Positions 12,201 through 25,770 of a stretch of 64,000 nucleotides of DNA are shown in pieces. The notes beneath the pieces are model-generated. The model saw only the letters and a list, made by a program, of their open reading frames with translations. It did no database searches and had not been told where the DNA came from. Each line of letters opens with the position of its first letter. Position 1 is the stretch's first letter. Both the position numbers and the translations under genes were made by a program. Source of the DNA: Camelus ferus (Eukaryota); NCBI RefSeq assembly GCF_009834535.1, contig NC_045698.1, forward strand, positions 1,242,001 to 1,306,000, written 5' to 3'.

Positions 12201-13930
12201 TAACTATGAATTTGCTCCTCTTCATCTGAGATTCAACCACTCACCAAATGCTGAATTTCATGGGATAATTACTAGGACGACATCTGATTCCAGGAGGTGA
12301 TGACAGAGGTTGAGGATTCTTAGGAATTATATGCAGTCTAGAGATAAGATGTGTATTTAAAGATTTTTAATGCATTGAAAATCTGGCCATGTTTTTAATC
12401 CAAGATGCTCCTCCTTCCGGCTTACTCACCGACCTTTAGTGACAGATGAGAGATTGTCCCTCGGGCTGGATCACTGATCTCAGGTCCCCAGCTCTGGGCT
12501 TCCACTAGGAGGGCTGGCACCCCTGCGGGAGGGGTCCCACGTGCAGCCCGCATCCCCAGGCCTTTGCCACACTTCTGTGTCTTCTCCAGCAGTTTTCATA
12601 AACGCTCCCCCTCTAAAAGCAGATTCTTCAAGATTAATATTAAATCATTCATTTATTAAAAAACAAACCGGACGTCTCCCGGGTCAGCTCGCCGGGCCCG
12701 GTGGCACCGAACTTCCTCACAAGGCGCCTGACCCACGTCCTGAGCCGCGTCCTTCTTTCTAATGCTTAACATCTCAGGTGTGTCCTCAGTTCCCACTGAA
12801 AATTTCATTGCCTCTCGAATGATTTTAGTTGGTTGGATGCTGTTAACTCCTGCCTTTTAGCTGCACATGAGTAGGAAAAGCCGACCATCCCCGGGCGGTG
12901 CGCCTGCCCCGCGACCCCGGCTCCACAGGGTCTGAGAGGGGCGGGGGGATGCCGTGCTGGCTTCAGATGAAATCCCTCATCAGGACTGAGCCCAGTCAGC
13001 GGAGCACTTTCTTCCTCACTTGGCGGGGCGTGCTCCCGTCCAACGTCCCGGGTGGACCAGCTCTCCCGGCAGAGAGGGGCCCCCTTCTCTGCCCCCACAA
13101 GGTGTGTCCCCCAACCTGGCTCTGCTGGGGACCCCTTGTCCTGCCCAACTGGGAGCTTCCCGGCCAGGTTGGGGCAGGACGGGCTCAGAAATTGCTGCGG
13201 GGTCTCAGTCCCCGACCCTGTCGCGCCACACATCCCCAGAGACCCCGAGGAGGGGAGGGGAAGGGGAGGGGCGCAGGCCCCTTGGCGGATGGCAGGGCTG
13301 GGTGAGGTCGCACTGCCGCCCCTGCCCCTCTGCTCTCTCAGCGAGCTGGGCTTCACGGCCGCCCGGGCTCAACCCCACACAGGAGAGAAAGCCCCATCCT
13401 CCAGCTCCCCGAAGGGTTAAAAGAGCACATGAAAAATATCACGTTCCCTGCAGACCCCCCGGGGCTGAGTCTGTGTGTCCCCTCCCAGGGCCAGCCAGTG
13501 CTGGGCAGCAGGCGCCGGGCGGCGGGCTCACCTGCAGAGGGGACCGTGGGTGGTGCCAGCAGGAGCTGCTCTGCTGGAAAGGGGTGATAACTGGTGTTTT
13601 ATTTTCCTTTTAAAAATTGTTGCTTTTCTTAGGAGTAATAAAAACAAATATAGCCGGGTGACAGTGATAAACCAGGGTAACTAACTGCTTAACTGATGGT
13701 AGTTTTAGAGTCACCTGCAATTAATTGTTGGTCAGGGCATTTTTGATTTTTTACTTTATTCTATTTTATTATTTTATTTTATCATGGTCCTAAGTTCTTG
13801 GTTACCCTTCTCTAGAATTTTTGTACATTTTCTCAGGGACCGTATTTTACCTGATGGCGAGATAAGAGCCTAAAGCCCCCCAAATTACAAGTTCCAATAA
13901 AAGTTAATAACTGACAGCTCTGCTTTTTCC

Positions 13931-14045
13931 CTCAAAAAGTTAAAGACAGAACTCCCATCTGACCCAGCAATCCCACTCCGAGGTACGTACCCAAGAGATC
14001 TGAAAGCTGGGACTTTCAGAAATACTTCTGTGCTTATGTTCACAA
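13931..14045 (+). mobile_element. Short L1 ORF2 3' fragment
   Basis: 'ctcaaaaagttaaagacagaactcccatctgacccagcaatcccactccgaggtacgtacccaagaga' is a typical L1 motif, related to 27462-27525. Confidence 0.75.
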
Positions 14046-15459
14046 CTTTGTCATATTTAGATTATCAATTCAGGGTCAGGATGTAATTTTTTTAAAGCTA
14101 GTTTAAGAACTCTTCATTAGAAATGGTTTTGTGTTTTAGGCATCTCTGCAGCCTGAGCCACAAAGGACACGCATTCCTGGTTCCGACAATTTCACTGCAA
14201 TATGTCAATTTCAAGCAGGAAATCCGATCTGAATTTGCAACCCCCTCCTGCCTCTCTGAGAGTCGATAATTCACCATTTTAGGGCAACGGGCCCATTAAC
14301 TCTGAACAGCTTGAGAATACACTCTCCATTGATCAGATAAACAAGTCATGAGATATTTTATTACAAAATGATGGACCAATTTAGCCATCTTTTCACCAAC
14401 AATGGACTTCTATTGAATGTGAAATGGCAAGAAATTTGCCTCCTTGGGGAGCTATCATGAGAAATACAAAGTGAAAGCTTATCACTAAAATGGCTCTTCT
14501 AAATGGATTTACACTGAATTCAACCCAAGTTTAAGCCAGACCTCTGATCAATGAAAGTTTTACAGAATGGTGATGGGTTTTCCTTTGTTAGTCTTATGCT
14601 ATATTATTTGCAATATTTTGTTTCACATTTATATCATAATGTTAGCTATTTCAGGATGTGTCTTATTGAAATACATTAATTATATTGGAAACTTATATAA
14701 GCATTGTTTGTCGTAATTCTGAATTCATCTTAGTAAGTGAAACAATTTTAAAGCATCTCATGAAGATTTTAAAATTATTTTTTAACTTAAAAACATACTG
14801 GTGATTGGCTAGGCTGCCTGGGCAGGATGTGCAGGGAGCTGGTTTTCACGTGTGAATCAACAGCACTCGTGACCAACAAAATGCAGGACCGGGGTGTTTG
14901 GGGGAAACATAAAGGAGGCTGTGGGGCTCGCCTTTCTGCACCCCTCTCACGCAGAGTCTTTTGAAGTGCGGGGCCGTGAAGATACAGCCGAGAAAACGTC
15001 TGAGAGCTGCAGAGGCAGGACAGCCCGATGCTGCCCAGGGCGCCCTGGCCGTCCTGCGGTGTCTGTGGGATGCTGCCGGCACGAGTGCATTCACCACCCC
15101 GCGGAACCCGCCACGCCCAACCTGCAGAGATGTCTGCGGCCATCCTGCTCCTACAGCGGAAGCTGCCCTGGAGCTGGCGTCTTCCTGGGGGTGTCTGCTG
15201 ATGCCTGATGGTTTAGAGGGTCAGGTGGGGCAGGAGACGAGACCTGGGAGGAGGGGAGATCATATCAGAGGCTCCTGCAAAGTTGGGACTTCTGAGGAGT
15301 GGCGTCCTTAGTGAAGATCGGGTAAACATGCCTTCTAGAATGTGTTGCCTGTCTCTAAACTCTGACTCTGCCAGAGAGGATCAAAGGAAGACGTCCTGCT
15401 CATTCTGCTGCACATGACAGCAGCAAGTGAGAACAGCCCCTTCAAGGATTCCCACAGAT

Positions 15460-17300
15460 GAACTTCTATGAGACACAAGCTCAAAAAAATTTATTAAGCA
15501 GAGGAGATGAGCTGTCACAGCCATGCGTAAGCAGACACCGCATGCTGCCAAATCAGAACCACACACAGTTCAGATATCGGAATCATGAGAAACAGAATAT
15601 GAAATAAATACATTTAAAGAAACAAAAGAGGAGACCCATAACATGAAGTAACAGAGACTACTGAAACTGACATGCTGAATTGACAAAGAGCCAAATAGAA
15701 TTTCTAGAGGTAAAAAATACGGTAACAAAATAAAAGCAATGGGTCAGTCACATAGAAGCTTAGAAACTGAATTACAGCTTAAGTTGCTATAGGTAAAATC
15801 TGGATGACAGATTTTAGGAAATGACCCAGAATGTACCACAGAGTTAGAAAGAGATGGAAAACGTGCCAGAGTTCAAAGCACATGATGCCAAGAGTAAGGA
15901 TGGGTGAAAAAGCAGTATTCAGAGAGGTAGAACATTCCAGAGTTAACAGGCAGCAGACTGCAAATTCAGGAGGCCTAGTGAATCCCAAGCAAGACAGATA
16001 AAAAGAAATTCTCTTCAGGCATAATAATGAGACAGAAAGACAGCAAGGACAGGGATGAGTTTTCTCTTGTCAAGACAGGAATGAAGATTTACTACAAAGG
16101 GAGAACCATTCGGCAGCAGTAGGCTGAGAAATCCTCGAGGCTTCACAGACCTGGGAATCATTTGCATTCCAGGCAGCGTGGGGAGCCCTCACGGTGCCTG
16201 GGGCATCCGACAGAGCTCACAGGAGGGCGTCATGTCAGGGGCGGCTAGCTGAGCCCCAGGCCGTGTGCACCTCTGACTTTCCCTCACAGAGCTTCAAAGC
16301 CATCCTCAAAAGGTCAAGATAATTTCAAAAGCTTAAATGTAAACAAGAAAAACACAATATTCTTCAAAGGAATAGAACACAATGTGGCATCCAACAATGT
16401 GAAATTAATGATTTTCCAACATCAACTGAAAAATACATCAGGGCAGGACAGTATGCTTCAGGATCAAGAGAAGAAGTCTAGTCAGTTGTTGCTCAATAGC
16501 TGCTTCTCATTAGGAGCCATGGAGGCCAGAGGAGGTGGACCAACAACTTCAAAGTGTTGGAAGAAGATAGCTTTTCAATCTCAGATATTGTATCCAGTGA
16601 AGATGTCCAAGAAAGGAGGCAGAATAAGATATTTTCAAACATAATAATAAAACTCATCAGCAGCAGGCCTTCTGCACCACAAAAGATGCTGAAGACAGTT
16701 CTCTAAGATGAAGAATGGCACCAGATGAAACCAGACATTCAAAAAAGAGTACCAGGAATGGTGACTATGCGAAGAAATTCAAAATGTTGGGTTTTTTTCT
16801 TACTGACTTTGAATAAACCATAAACTGCTTTAAAAAACCTGTAACATTGTATCATTCAAAAGGACTGAAATAACAAAAAGTATGCCTTTGGACATGAATG
16901 AAATTTACCTAGAAATCAATAACAAAACATGCAGAATTTCCTCAAATATTTGGAAGTTAAACAACTCAATTCTAAATCACTGAAACATCTCACCCTCAGC
17001 CCAACGTAAGAAATCAGTAAATATTCTGAACTGAATGAAAATAAAATCACAACATACCAACAAATCACAGAATGCAGCTAAAGCTGCTCACAGAGGGCAA
17101 TTAGTAGCCTTAAAATGCTCAGAACAGAAGGAAGGACTCACCTTAATGATCTAAGCTTCTCTTTATAAAAACTAGGAAAAGAAGAGAAACTCAAGCCTAA
17201 AATAAGCTGAAGCGAAGGAAGAGAAATTGGAAAGACAATGGAATCACTGAAAGTCAATGAAGTAAAAAACGAGTTCTTTGTACAGATCAGCACAAGTGAG
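15460..17300 (+). mobile_element. Mosaic of decayed L1 5'/ORF1/ORF2 fragments, with an L1 5'-type piece apparently nested at ~16125-16480
   Basis: 'ccaaatagaatttctagaggtaaaaaatac', 'ccatggaggccagagg', 'tcagatattgtatccagtgaagatgtcc', 'tagaaatcaataacaaaa' and 'aaaactaggaaaagaagagaaactcaagcctaaa' are L1 ORF1/ORF2-like. Confidence 0.75.
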
Positions 17301-20300
17301 CAGCCTCCAGCCACGGGGCAGCACGTCACAGTCCAGTGGGCGCAGGTCTGGCTCTTTTCTTTTGTTACGCCTTTAACTTCTCCTCCATATTCCTCTGTCT
17401 GCTTTCTGGAACTTGTGTGTGGACCACATTTCTTAACTCATCCCTTCGTTATTTGTCCTCCGTGATCGGGCTGGGTTATATGACCCCCCTATGGTCTCTA
17501 ACAGTGTTGAGCTCATCTTTATGTTTTATTTCAGCCATTCCATGTTCAATGTCCACCGGCTCTTCATGGCCTCCTTCTGAAGATCTGTCGGTCTACTTCT
17601 ACGAGTGCAGCATCCTATTGCACCTTTCTGGGGTTCTGATAAGAAATGTACACATTTTTAGTTCTCTTCCCTTCTTTAGATTTCTTGCATTCCCTAGCAT
17701 CAGGGGCAGAGAGCTCAGCATCCCCTGTCCATCTGGGGTTATGACGGTGTTTGTGGTCATCTAGAGGCACTTGCCTGTTCCTCTCCTGGCCTTGGACTCA
17801 CCCTGAGAGCCTGAGCTCTTCCACGAAGACCACTCAGTATCCATGGGGACAGTTCCGTGCCCAGGCTGTGGGCAGTGCTGCTGCCACCGTCTGGCTGAAG
17901 CCGTATTAACGGATGACTTGCATTCCTGTCCTGGGGGCCCTCTCTCCTGCCTCAGCCTAGGCCGCCCACCCCCGGCCTGCCACACATACAGTGGTAGAGC
18001 TTCTCGGGAGTCTGGCCAGGAGGGGTTTTCATTCTTAGCCACATCCTTGCTGCCCTGTTCTGTCCTGGGCTGGGACATCCCCACGTGGCTCCATCTGTCA
18101 CACAAACCCCAGGTCGGCAAGGGTGCCCCATCCACTGCACACAATCATGGCTGTGCCACAGTGTGTGCGGCCCCTGCTGTGTCGGGAGCTTCAGCTGGCA
18201 TGTGTGGCGGGCGCTTGCAAGCTCAGTCTACCACTTTACATCGCAAGTGTGCAAAACTGGCTGATGATTAATGGCTAAGACTGTTTAAGGGCTGTACCCG
18301 ATGCTGGAGTGCAGGTGACCCCCCGACAGTGTGGGCAAGGCCCCTCGCCAGCTGCACCCCGGGGAGGCGTCAGTGTCATTTCCCTTGTTTGCCCACCTCT
18401 GCCCAACACGCTCACGCTGGCAGCTCACGGGGAGGCGCTCCGGGAGGCCCTGCCACTGACCTCGCAGAGCACAGGGTGCTGCATGGTCCCGACGCCCTGG
18501 GCCTGGGGCTGGTCCGTGGGTGCTGCTGGGCTCCGCACCCGTGGGCCTCCACCTGCCCGCCTCCCTCGGCCAGCCTGGCCCTGCTGCTCTCGCTTCGGGG
18601 CCCGTCAGCCTTTGGGAAGCGTGGAGGGCTTGGACCCCATACTCTGAGAGCCAGGGCGGGTCCAGTTTTGGTGCTTCTCTCTGTTGCTGGCTTCTGACTC
18701 CGGGGACCCCAGCTCTCCAGTGTGGGCATGTCTCCTATGGCCATGCTTTGCTCAGCTGCTCCAGAACCCGGCACCAAGTGGCTCTTCCAGGACCTCTGGG
18801 ATGCTGATGGCTCTCTCGATGGCCACACGGCCCGTGACAAGCAGGCCACGAGCACTCAGCATGCACCCGTGGCGTGATGAGTGGACTGGAGGCACACGAG
18901 GACACCATCCTTAGGGGCCAGCTCCACCATCCAGCTGCTGCTCCTGCTCTTGCCTATAAAGGTCGTCCCTCTTCCCTGGTGACACATCAGCCTCCTCAGA
19001 CAGTCCCTCATGTCTGCCCTCCAAGCTGGACTGGCCTCGCCTGTGCTTCTCCCTGGGGCCAGTGCCCTGGCAGGCCGGGGCGTACCTCACTGTCCCTTAG
19101 GAAGACAGTGTTTGTCACCCAGATTAATAGTCGTATGAGGTATGTAGCATGCGCTGTGGTCTCAGGACTCATGTTTCAACCATGAATGGCTTCTAGGGGA
19201 AGTTACTCGTAAAAATGCCTCATTCAGCAAAACTAGTCGGACAGGCTCTTGAATGGAAAAAAAAGTTTACTGTTAGAGGAGGTTTTTTTTAAGGGAAAAA
19301 AAACTGAATTAAAAAATTATAATTTAAAGTCACGTAATAGAAATTGTTCATCTCCCAATCAACCTGTGGCGTCACAATCCTTTATTTTTTTAGAAAAGGT
19401 CACAGGGTTTTCTGAACTCTGAGTGTATTAGATTCAAGCAGTAAATGTGGATGCACCTGAGTTCATGTAGTAACGCTGATTATAAATCGGACAGTTTCTC
19501 AGGGGATGAGCAACATAAATTAATCTTGTAGTTTTTGATGTCTTAAAGTAAAAAAGAATGAAGTGGACATAATTCATTGATATTTAGAGAACATTAAACA
19601 TCTCCTGCAGTTTATTTTTTCTATGGCTGAAACCACTTGGGGTTTGAACAACTGCTCCTTTTAAAGAGCAGAGAAAAAAGGCTGTACTTCTGCCGAGAAG
19701 GCTCCCTGGAGCCCGAGACGTGCATGGAGGAAGTGGTCTCTGAGAAGCCTGGAGCACCCTCCTGCCAGCTCTCCCGTGGCCGTCTGGGTCGTGACCCTCA
19801 GCTGGCTCACCCTTCCACTCCCCCTGTACCGGGAAAGGCGTTTCAGCATCGGCCGTGGGAGGCGCCACCTTTCCCCTCTAGGAGGCCTGCTCGCATCTCG
19901 CCAGACTCGTGGCGTCTCAAGTTAGAGGTGGCCGGCCCCCCTTCAGCCCCTGTGGTGGTGTGACCGGGGCGCCCGGCCCGTGGACGGCGCCCACCCGCGC
20001 CGATGCAGGAGCAGGACTTTAAAGACTCAGTCCCTCCTGCCTGACGGCCCACGATACCTATCTGCACCGACGTCGCTGTCTTGCGTTTCGTTTCTGTGTT
20101 TGTTAGTTGTTTATTTCCAGGCAACTGTTTTTAAAACTGAGATGATCCGAGATTTGCTATTAATCTGCATGTTTCGGCCGCGTCTGAGATCAGCACAGCT
20201 GGTTCCTGCTTTAGTGGCTCATGGGAGCTGCGGAGCCTGTGCAAGCGGTCGACTGCCGCATCCTCTCAGTTACCCCGGGCGGCGGCAGCCGGGAGCGCCT

Positions 20301-22759
20301 GCCCTGCGCGGCAGGGGGGCACGGGGGGGGGGCGCGCCGGGCAGTCGCTTTGGGTGCGAAAAGCGGTAAGACGATTCAGAGCCTAAGGAGAAGCGTTTCG
20401 TCTGTCAGGCTGACGGACTTGTGCTTACAGTCGAACCTGAACGGGGCTCTGGATTTCTAGCAGAAGCCGAGAGTTTTCCTTAAATTAAAAAAAAGTAAGT
20501 TCCAGTTCATGTCAGCCAAGTAGCCAGGAGTTTTCAAAGTTTCCAGTGTCACTGAGTCTTAATGTCCTGCAAGCGGAGGGGACAGCTCTTGAGGGTTGCG
20601 CGCGGGTCACCGTGGTGAGGACACACACACTGAGAAGGAAAGCACACGGTGTGAAGCTCATTTATGCACTGGTGTCAACTGCTTTCAAGAAGAAATAAGA
20701 AAAAAACCTCGCCCCTGGAATGACAACAGTGCCATTCTGGGGGCGACCTGAGCCCCAGGCGGGCCCTCGCAGCGCGGGGAGGCGGGACCGCCCAGAGCGG
20801 GCCTCTGGGGACAGCTGGCATCTGCATGTCTGCCCCAGGGGTTCCTGTTGGAAGTGCGGTTCCCTCCCCCCGCTGAGCTGTGCGGGCCAGTCCCAGCACG
20901 GTGCGTGAATCTCCGCCCGGGCGGAGGCAGTCGGGAGCGGGGCAGGCCTGCCCGTTCCCTGCGACACTCCAGGCTGCCACAGCCCCAGCGAAGCCCAGGA
21001 GCCAGACTCACCCCCGGCAGACGCGTCCCCGAGAGCCCGCGACATCCCAGCCTGGACACTCCCCGTCCCGATGCCCGACGTGGGGGAGCCCCGCCAGCCC
21101 CGCAAGTCTCCGTGTCTGATTGCACGCTCCGGAAAACAAGCTTGGCCTTGCTCTCCGGGAATCCCCAGGAGCCGAAGCAGCAACAAGACAGCTTGAACAC
21201 TACAGAAAGTCCCAGCCAAGGACTGGGACACGCGAGGCTCCCCACCACCCCTGGGGACGGACTCCAGGTGGGTGGGGCCCTCGGGCTGTCATCCAGTGTC
21301 CTCGCTGAAGAGGACTCCTGGCAGAGGTAATGGTCAAGTCTATGCCTGTTGGGTCACGTGGCTACAGCAATGCCAACAGGACACCAGGAAGAGAAGGAAC
21401 GAAGTACCTGGAAGCTGAGGGCCTGGGGTGGCGGGCGTGGGTGGGAAGGGGGTCGGGGGGCTCCCGCCTCGGCCAGCACAGGCACTGCAGGTCTGTCCTC
21501 GGCAGGGCCTTCGTGGACGACCTCGGCCTCAGTAGCTGGTCCTGGGGATGTGCTGACGTTCGAGGGGGTGTCCAGGTGGGAGCTGCAGGCAGCGTTGGTG
21601 GCCCATCCGCCAGGTTTGCAGTGGGGCTGGTGGAGCCTCTGGGGGTGCACCCAGAAGACCAGAGCTGATGTCCTGTCAGGCACGAAGCTGGTCTCTCGTG
21701 GGCTCTGACTGCCGGTTGTTGACTTGAGATAAAGGGCTGAGACTGGCGCTTGGCAGGCGGGGAGGGAGAGGTGGGCGCAGGTGTGCACAGGGGAGGGGAT
21801 GGCTGGGCAGACCCTCAGCCCATCGCGGAAGAGAGGGACAAGGAGGAACAGGGCCACAGGACCCGTGCGGGAACGGTCAGCTCGGGGCCCCTGTGTTCTG
21901 AACAGACGGCAGTGGGGGCCACGCAAGCGCTGGAGTGGTCGGGCACAACATGCCAGGGCTTGGAGCTGTGGCCTCAGCAGCCCTGGCATGTCCCTCGGTG
22001 TCCCCTTAGTCCCCTTGCCGTCCAGAGCGGATGGTCTCACAGCTGCAGGACGTGGGGCTCCCAGAGGCACGCACACCGACCGGCTCCCCGGCTCTGACTC
22101 TGGGGAGCTTGTCCCGTGTGGCTGGGCCAGCCTGGGCTGCTGTGGGGGGCCCTTCCGTGGGGAAGGGGGCAGCCTCTTGTAGCGAAGAATGTTCTGGAAA
22201 CAGGCACCACTGGGAAGGTCCCTCTTCTTTGCAAAGACCTGCTTTGAGGGGCTCCCATATCAGGGAACCTTGGGGAGTCCCCCTGCCTGAGGAAGCTCCC
22301 ATGATGTCCAGAGAACATTCTTTTTTATTCAGCGCAGTCTGAGCATGGTCGCTGGGCTTTGAGGGAGGGTTGGAATTCAGGCCAGCACAAAGTCCTAATG
22401 GACTGAGACATCACTGGAGTTGTCCCCTGGCCAGTCCTGGGGACAGTGGCCCCTGTGGGTGCAGCAGAAGGCTGCGTGGGGACCCCCGTGTGGGCTCCCC
22501 ACCTTCTCCCCACACAGATGAGCGCCCGTCATGCAGCACCCCTCACAGAGAAACGCCTGCCGACCACGTCACTTACTTCTGCAAAATAAGTTACTTTAAT
22601 AAGTCAGAGAGTGGCGAGGACTGACCGGTGCCAAGGGCAGGGGCGGCCTCCTGCGGGTGGTGGCAGGCATCGACCTGCGCTCTGGCAATGAACCCTGATA
22701 ACAGCTCGATCGCCACGGCCTGCCCGCCAGTTGGCCCGGGCGCCCTCCAAATTAGCCAC

Positions 22760-23900
22760 GAAGAAGCCAGGCTGTCAATATTAATTCCACCGCCGAGATT
22801 GCTCGTTATAGGAGAACAAAGGTGTTCTGGCTTGGGCAGAACGACTTAACTGCTGTCTCATAAAATTTAAGCTGCTATTGATCGCCTGCTCCTATTGTGT
22901 GAAGGATTAAACACGCGCGCCCGCGCGCGCGCCGGGGAGGTGGCACCGGCCGCCGCCCCGTCACTCACGGCTCAGCCCCTCCTCCCCGCCTGCCCGCATC
23001 ATTCAACAACATGAAGCAAATTAAATCAATGAATTCATCCTAGCAGATGGCCACTTTAACACTCAGTTAGCCTTTAGATAATTGAGCGTTGACTCCGGAA
23101 TCATGAAATGGATGGCTCGTTTGTACATTTTACTGAAATAGATCGCCGAGGTTAAGTAAATGAAATCCCATTTGTCAGGCAGTAATAAATGGTCTCCCTT
23201 TCTGCAAACAGCTCTGTTTGGCCTAATAAATACAGAGACGTTACAGAGCCCCTCCCTTCCCAGGGTTACAGCTTAATGAAATGGTCTTCCCTCGGCCTGT
23301 TTCGCCTCCTCCTGCACCGTGTGATAAGTAGCGAACCAACGAAGCTTGTAATTACAATCTTACAGAAACCCGGCCAATCTGTATATAAATCTCACCCTCC
23401 AATTACAAGATGTAATAATTTTGCAGTCAAGCTGGTAATGAGGTCTAATACCCGTGCCTGCGATAATGCCCCCTGGATGCTGACTCCATCGGATGTTAGC
23501 TTTGTAATTATACTGGCAGAAAATCATTATTTCATGTTCAGCAGAAAAATGAGGTTGGTGGGAAGTTAATTTTCTCTATGCTCTGTGAAGCATAGACAAA
23601 ATTTTAATGATTTAATCATTATGGTTATCCCTCTTACAATTGACCTGCGTTACTTGTGTAGAAACACTGGCACATTTAAAAGTCCCTGTAACTCGATAAA
23701 GCTTGCCAGGTATGCAGCTTTTAATGTAAGAATAACTGTACACAATTAAACTATTACCCTGCCCATTGGGAAAACTCATTTTATTTTTAGTTTTCATTAT
23801 TGGGGTGGGGGTGATTCATGGAGATGTGTATGTCTTGCCCATGCTGTAATAAACGGCTAATTAAAAAAAATTGAATTATGTTTCCTGATGATGTCAGCCC
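22760..23900. promoter_or_regulatory. Putative conserved non-coding enhancer; core 23321-23573 resembles the IRX-cluster ultraconserved element
   Basis: AT-rich island in GC-rich DNA with no recognisable repeat and dense TAAT/ATTA motifs, including the palindrome ttgtaattacaa (23346-23357). The core resembles my recollection of the duplicated Iroquois ultraconserved regions. The identity is not verified by search. Confidence 0.6.
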
Positions 23901-25329
23901 AGAAAATGTCATCACAGAAGAGCAATGGCGGCAGGTGACTTTCATGCAGGGCCTGAGGAGTTATGGCCCCCGGGTCTCCTGCAAGAAATAAGGACAGAAA
24001 TGGGGGAGTTGCCCACCCCCGTTCTGAGGTGTGATTTCTCCAATGTAAGGTTTAGTATTTATAAATTTGGCGCATGCACACCCCCCACGGCACACGCAAC
24101 AGTTTCAAGCCAGTTACAGGCCAAGAAAGACAACGTTAACACTGTGCTCCCTAGGAAGTGGGGTTTAGTGACGGACTTTGGGAAGCAGAGTGCGTGCCTC
24201 TTGATGCAAGGTTTGGTGGTAAAATCAGCTTTGTCCTGAAACTCCTAAAGCTATCAGAAGGGTGCATCCGCCTGCCTGTGGACCACCGGCAGCAGCTCGA
24301 GCCCCCTCCCTGTGTCCTCAGCTGCTTGCTCTGAGGGGACGGGCTTGTCAGCGACACTCCCACACACACGGGGACTGACTGTTCCAGCAACTATGCGGGG
24401 CTGTTTGGGGAACAATCATGTGTTTGGTCTACACTTACCTTGTTTCCTGTCTGTGCTTTTCTGCGAAAATCAAATCTCCCAAGTCAGACCTGGGCTACTC
24501 GTAGCCTCTGAGGCCTGTGCCGGCCTGGGGTGGACTCTGGGAGACCGGCTGGCTCGCCATGTCCGGGCCCAGCCCTGAAGGGTGTGCATGCAGCTGCACG
24601 GAGCGGGGGAATCTCGGGAAGTAAACCGAGGGCACATTAAGGGAAGAAAATTCCCGGCTGGTAAATCAGCCTTTTGCCAAACCTCATTTACATGGAGGTA
24701 CCGGCTGATAAAATTTCACACACGTTGAAATGGTAGTTCCCACAGACACCAGGACGAGCTAAACAAAGCCAGATGTGAGTCTGTAAGTAACTCCTGGAAC
24801 TGGGTTTCTCTCCTCCCAAAATCCGGTCGAGATAATTGAAGGAGTGGCCTTTCAGGATGGAAGCCGAAGTGGTGGTCTCAAATGAACGTTTGCGCTGCCC
24901 TGCATCAGGACGGCTGAGCATCCTGCCACACGCGGAAGGGCGTCTGTCCCAGGACAGGGTTCACAACCACGTGTAGATCAGGCCACGGCGGTGGTCGCTC
25001 ACCCCAATTCCTGCCCCGCTGGCTTTCCCCCAGGAACAGCGAGAGGGAACCTGCAGTGTCTGCGAGGCTGGATGTGCTTGTGTTGGGGGCTCTCAGGGCT
25101 GATCAAGCAGTTCTTCCCGTCGCCCTTCGGTGTTGACTCCTGCTGCTCCGACTTTCCTTCCCCAGAAAGGAGAGATTTGAATATCCTGCAGAAAGAGCGG
25201 GACAGGACTGGGCAGAGCTCCAGCATCCTGTCAGCCCCCACAGGGGGCCCGCAGCTGCAGACCGCCGAGCGGACCCCCCCCCCTCTTCCGGGGACTCCGC
25301 TGCCCGGGGTGTGGACCTTCCGCCCCAAC

Positions 25330-25770
25330 GTCACATCGTCCTGGGTGGGCCTGTGAGCGTGTTTCTGGGTGTGAGTAGCATTTGAATGGCTGGGCGGAGT
25401 GAGAGCCTTGCCCTTCGCAGTGTGGGGCTCACCGACCCGCCGAGGGCCTGGACAGAGCGAAGGCAGAGGAAAGGAGAGGCCAGCGCTCCTGCCCGACGGC
25501 TGAGCGGGGACACGTCTTCTCCTGCTCTCAGACCCGGATCTGAACTTTCCACTCTCCTGGTCTCAGGCCTGTGACTTGAACAGAGCTGACAGGCTTTCCT
25601 GGGGCTCCCTGCCTCCAGGTCCACACGAGCCGGCTCCTCAGTGTCTGCCGTCTGTCCATCACCGGTCTGTGTGTCTACCTACCTGTCTATCTATCCATCC
25701 ATCCACCATCATCTGTCTGTTACCCACCCCCTGTGGCCCCTCTTCCTCTGGAGAGCCCCGTGTGATGCAG
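25330..25770 (+). mobile_element. ERVL solo LTR (MLT2-like), strongly GC-shifted
   Basis: 'ctgtgagcgtgtttctgggtgtgagtagcatttgaat', 'gagggcctggacagagcgaaggcagaggaa', an internal CATC/CTAT simple repeat and 'ctctggagagccc' near the end follow the MLT2 layout. Confidence 0.7.

Noticed and set aside
21354..22076. 240-aa ORF and neighbouring overlapping ORFs
   Set aside because: Multiple frames are open in GC-rich DNA with no coding signature.
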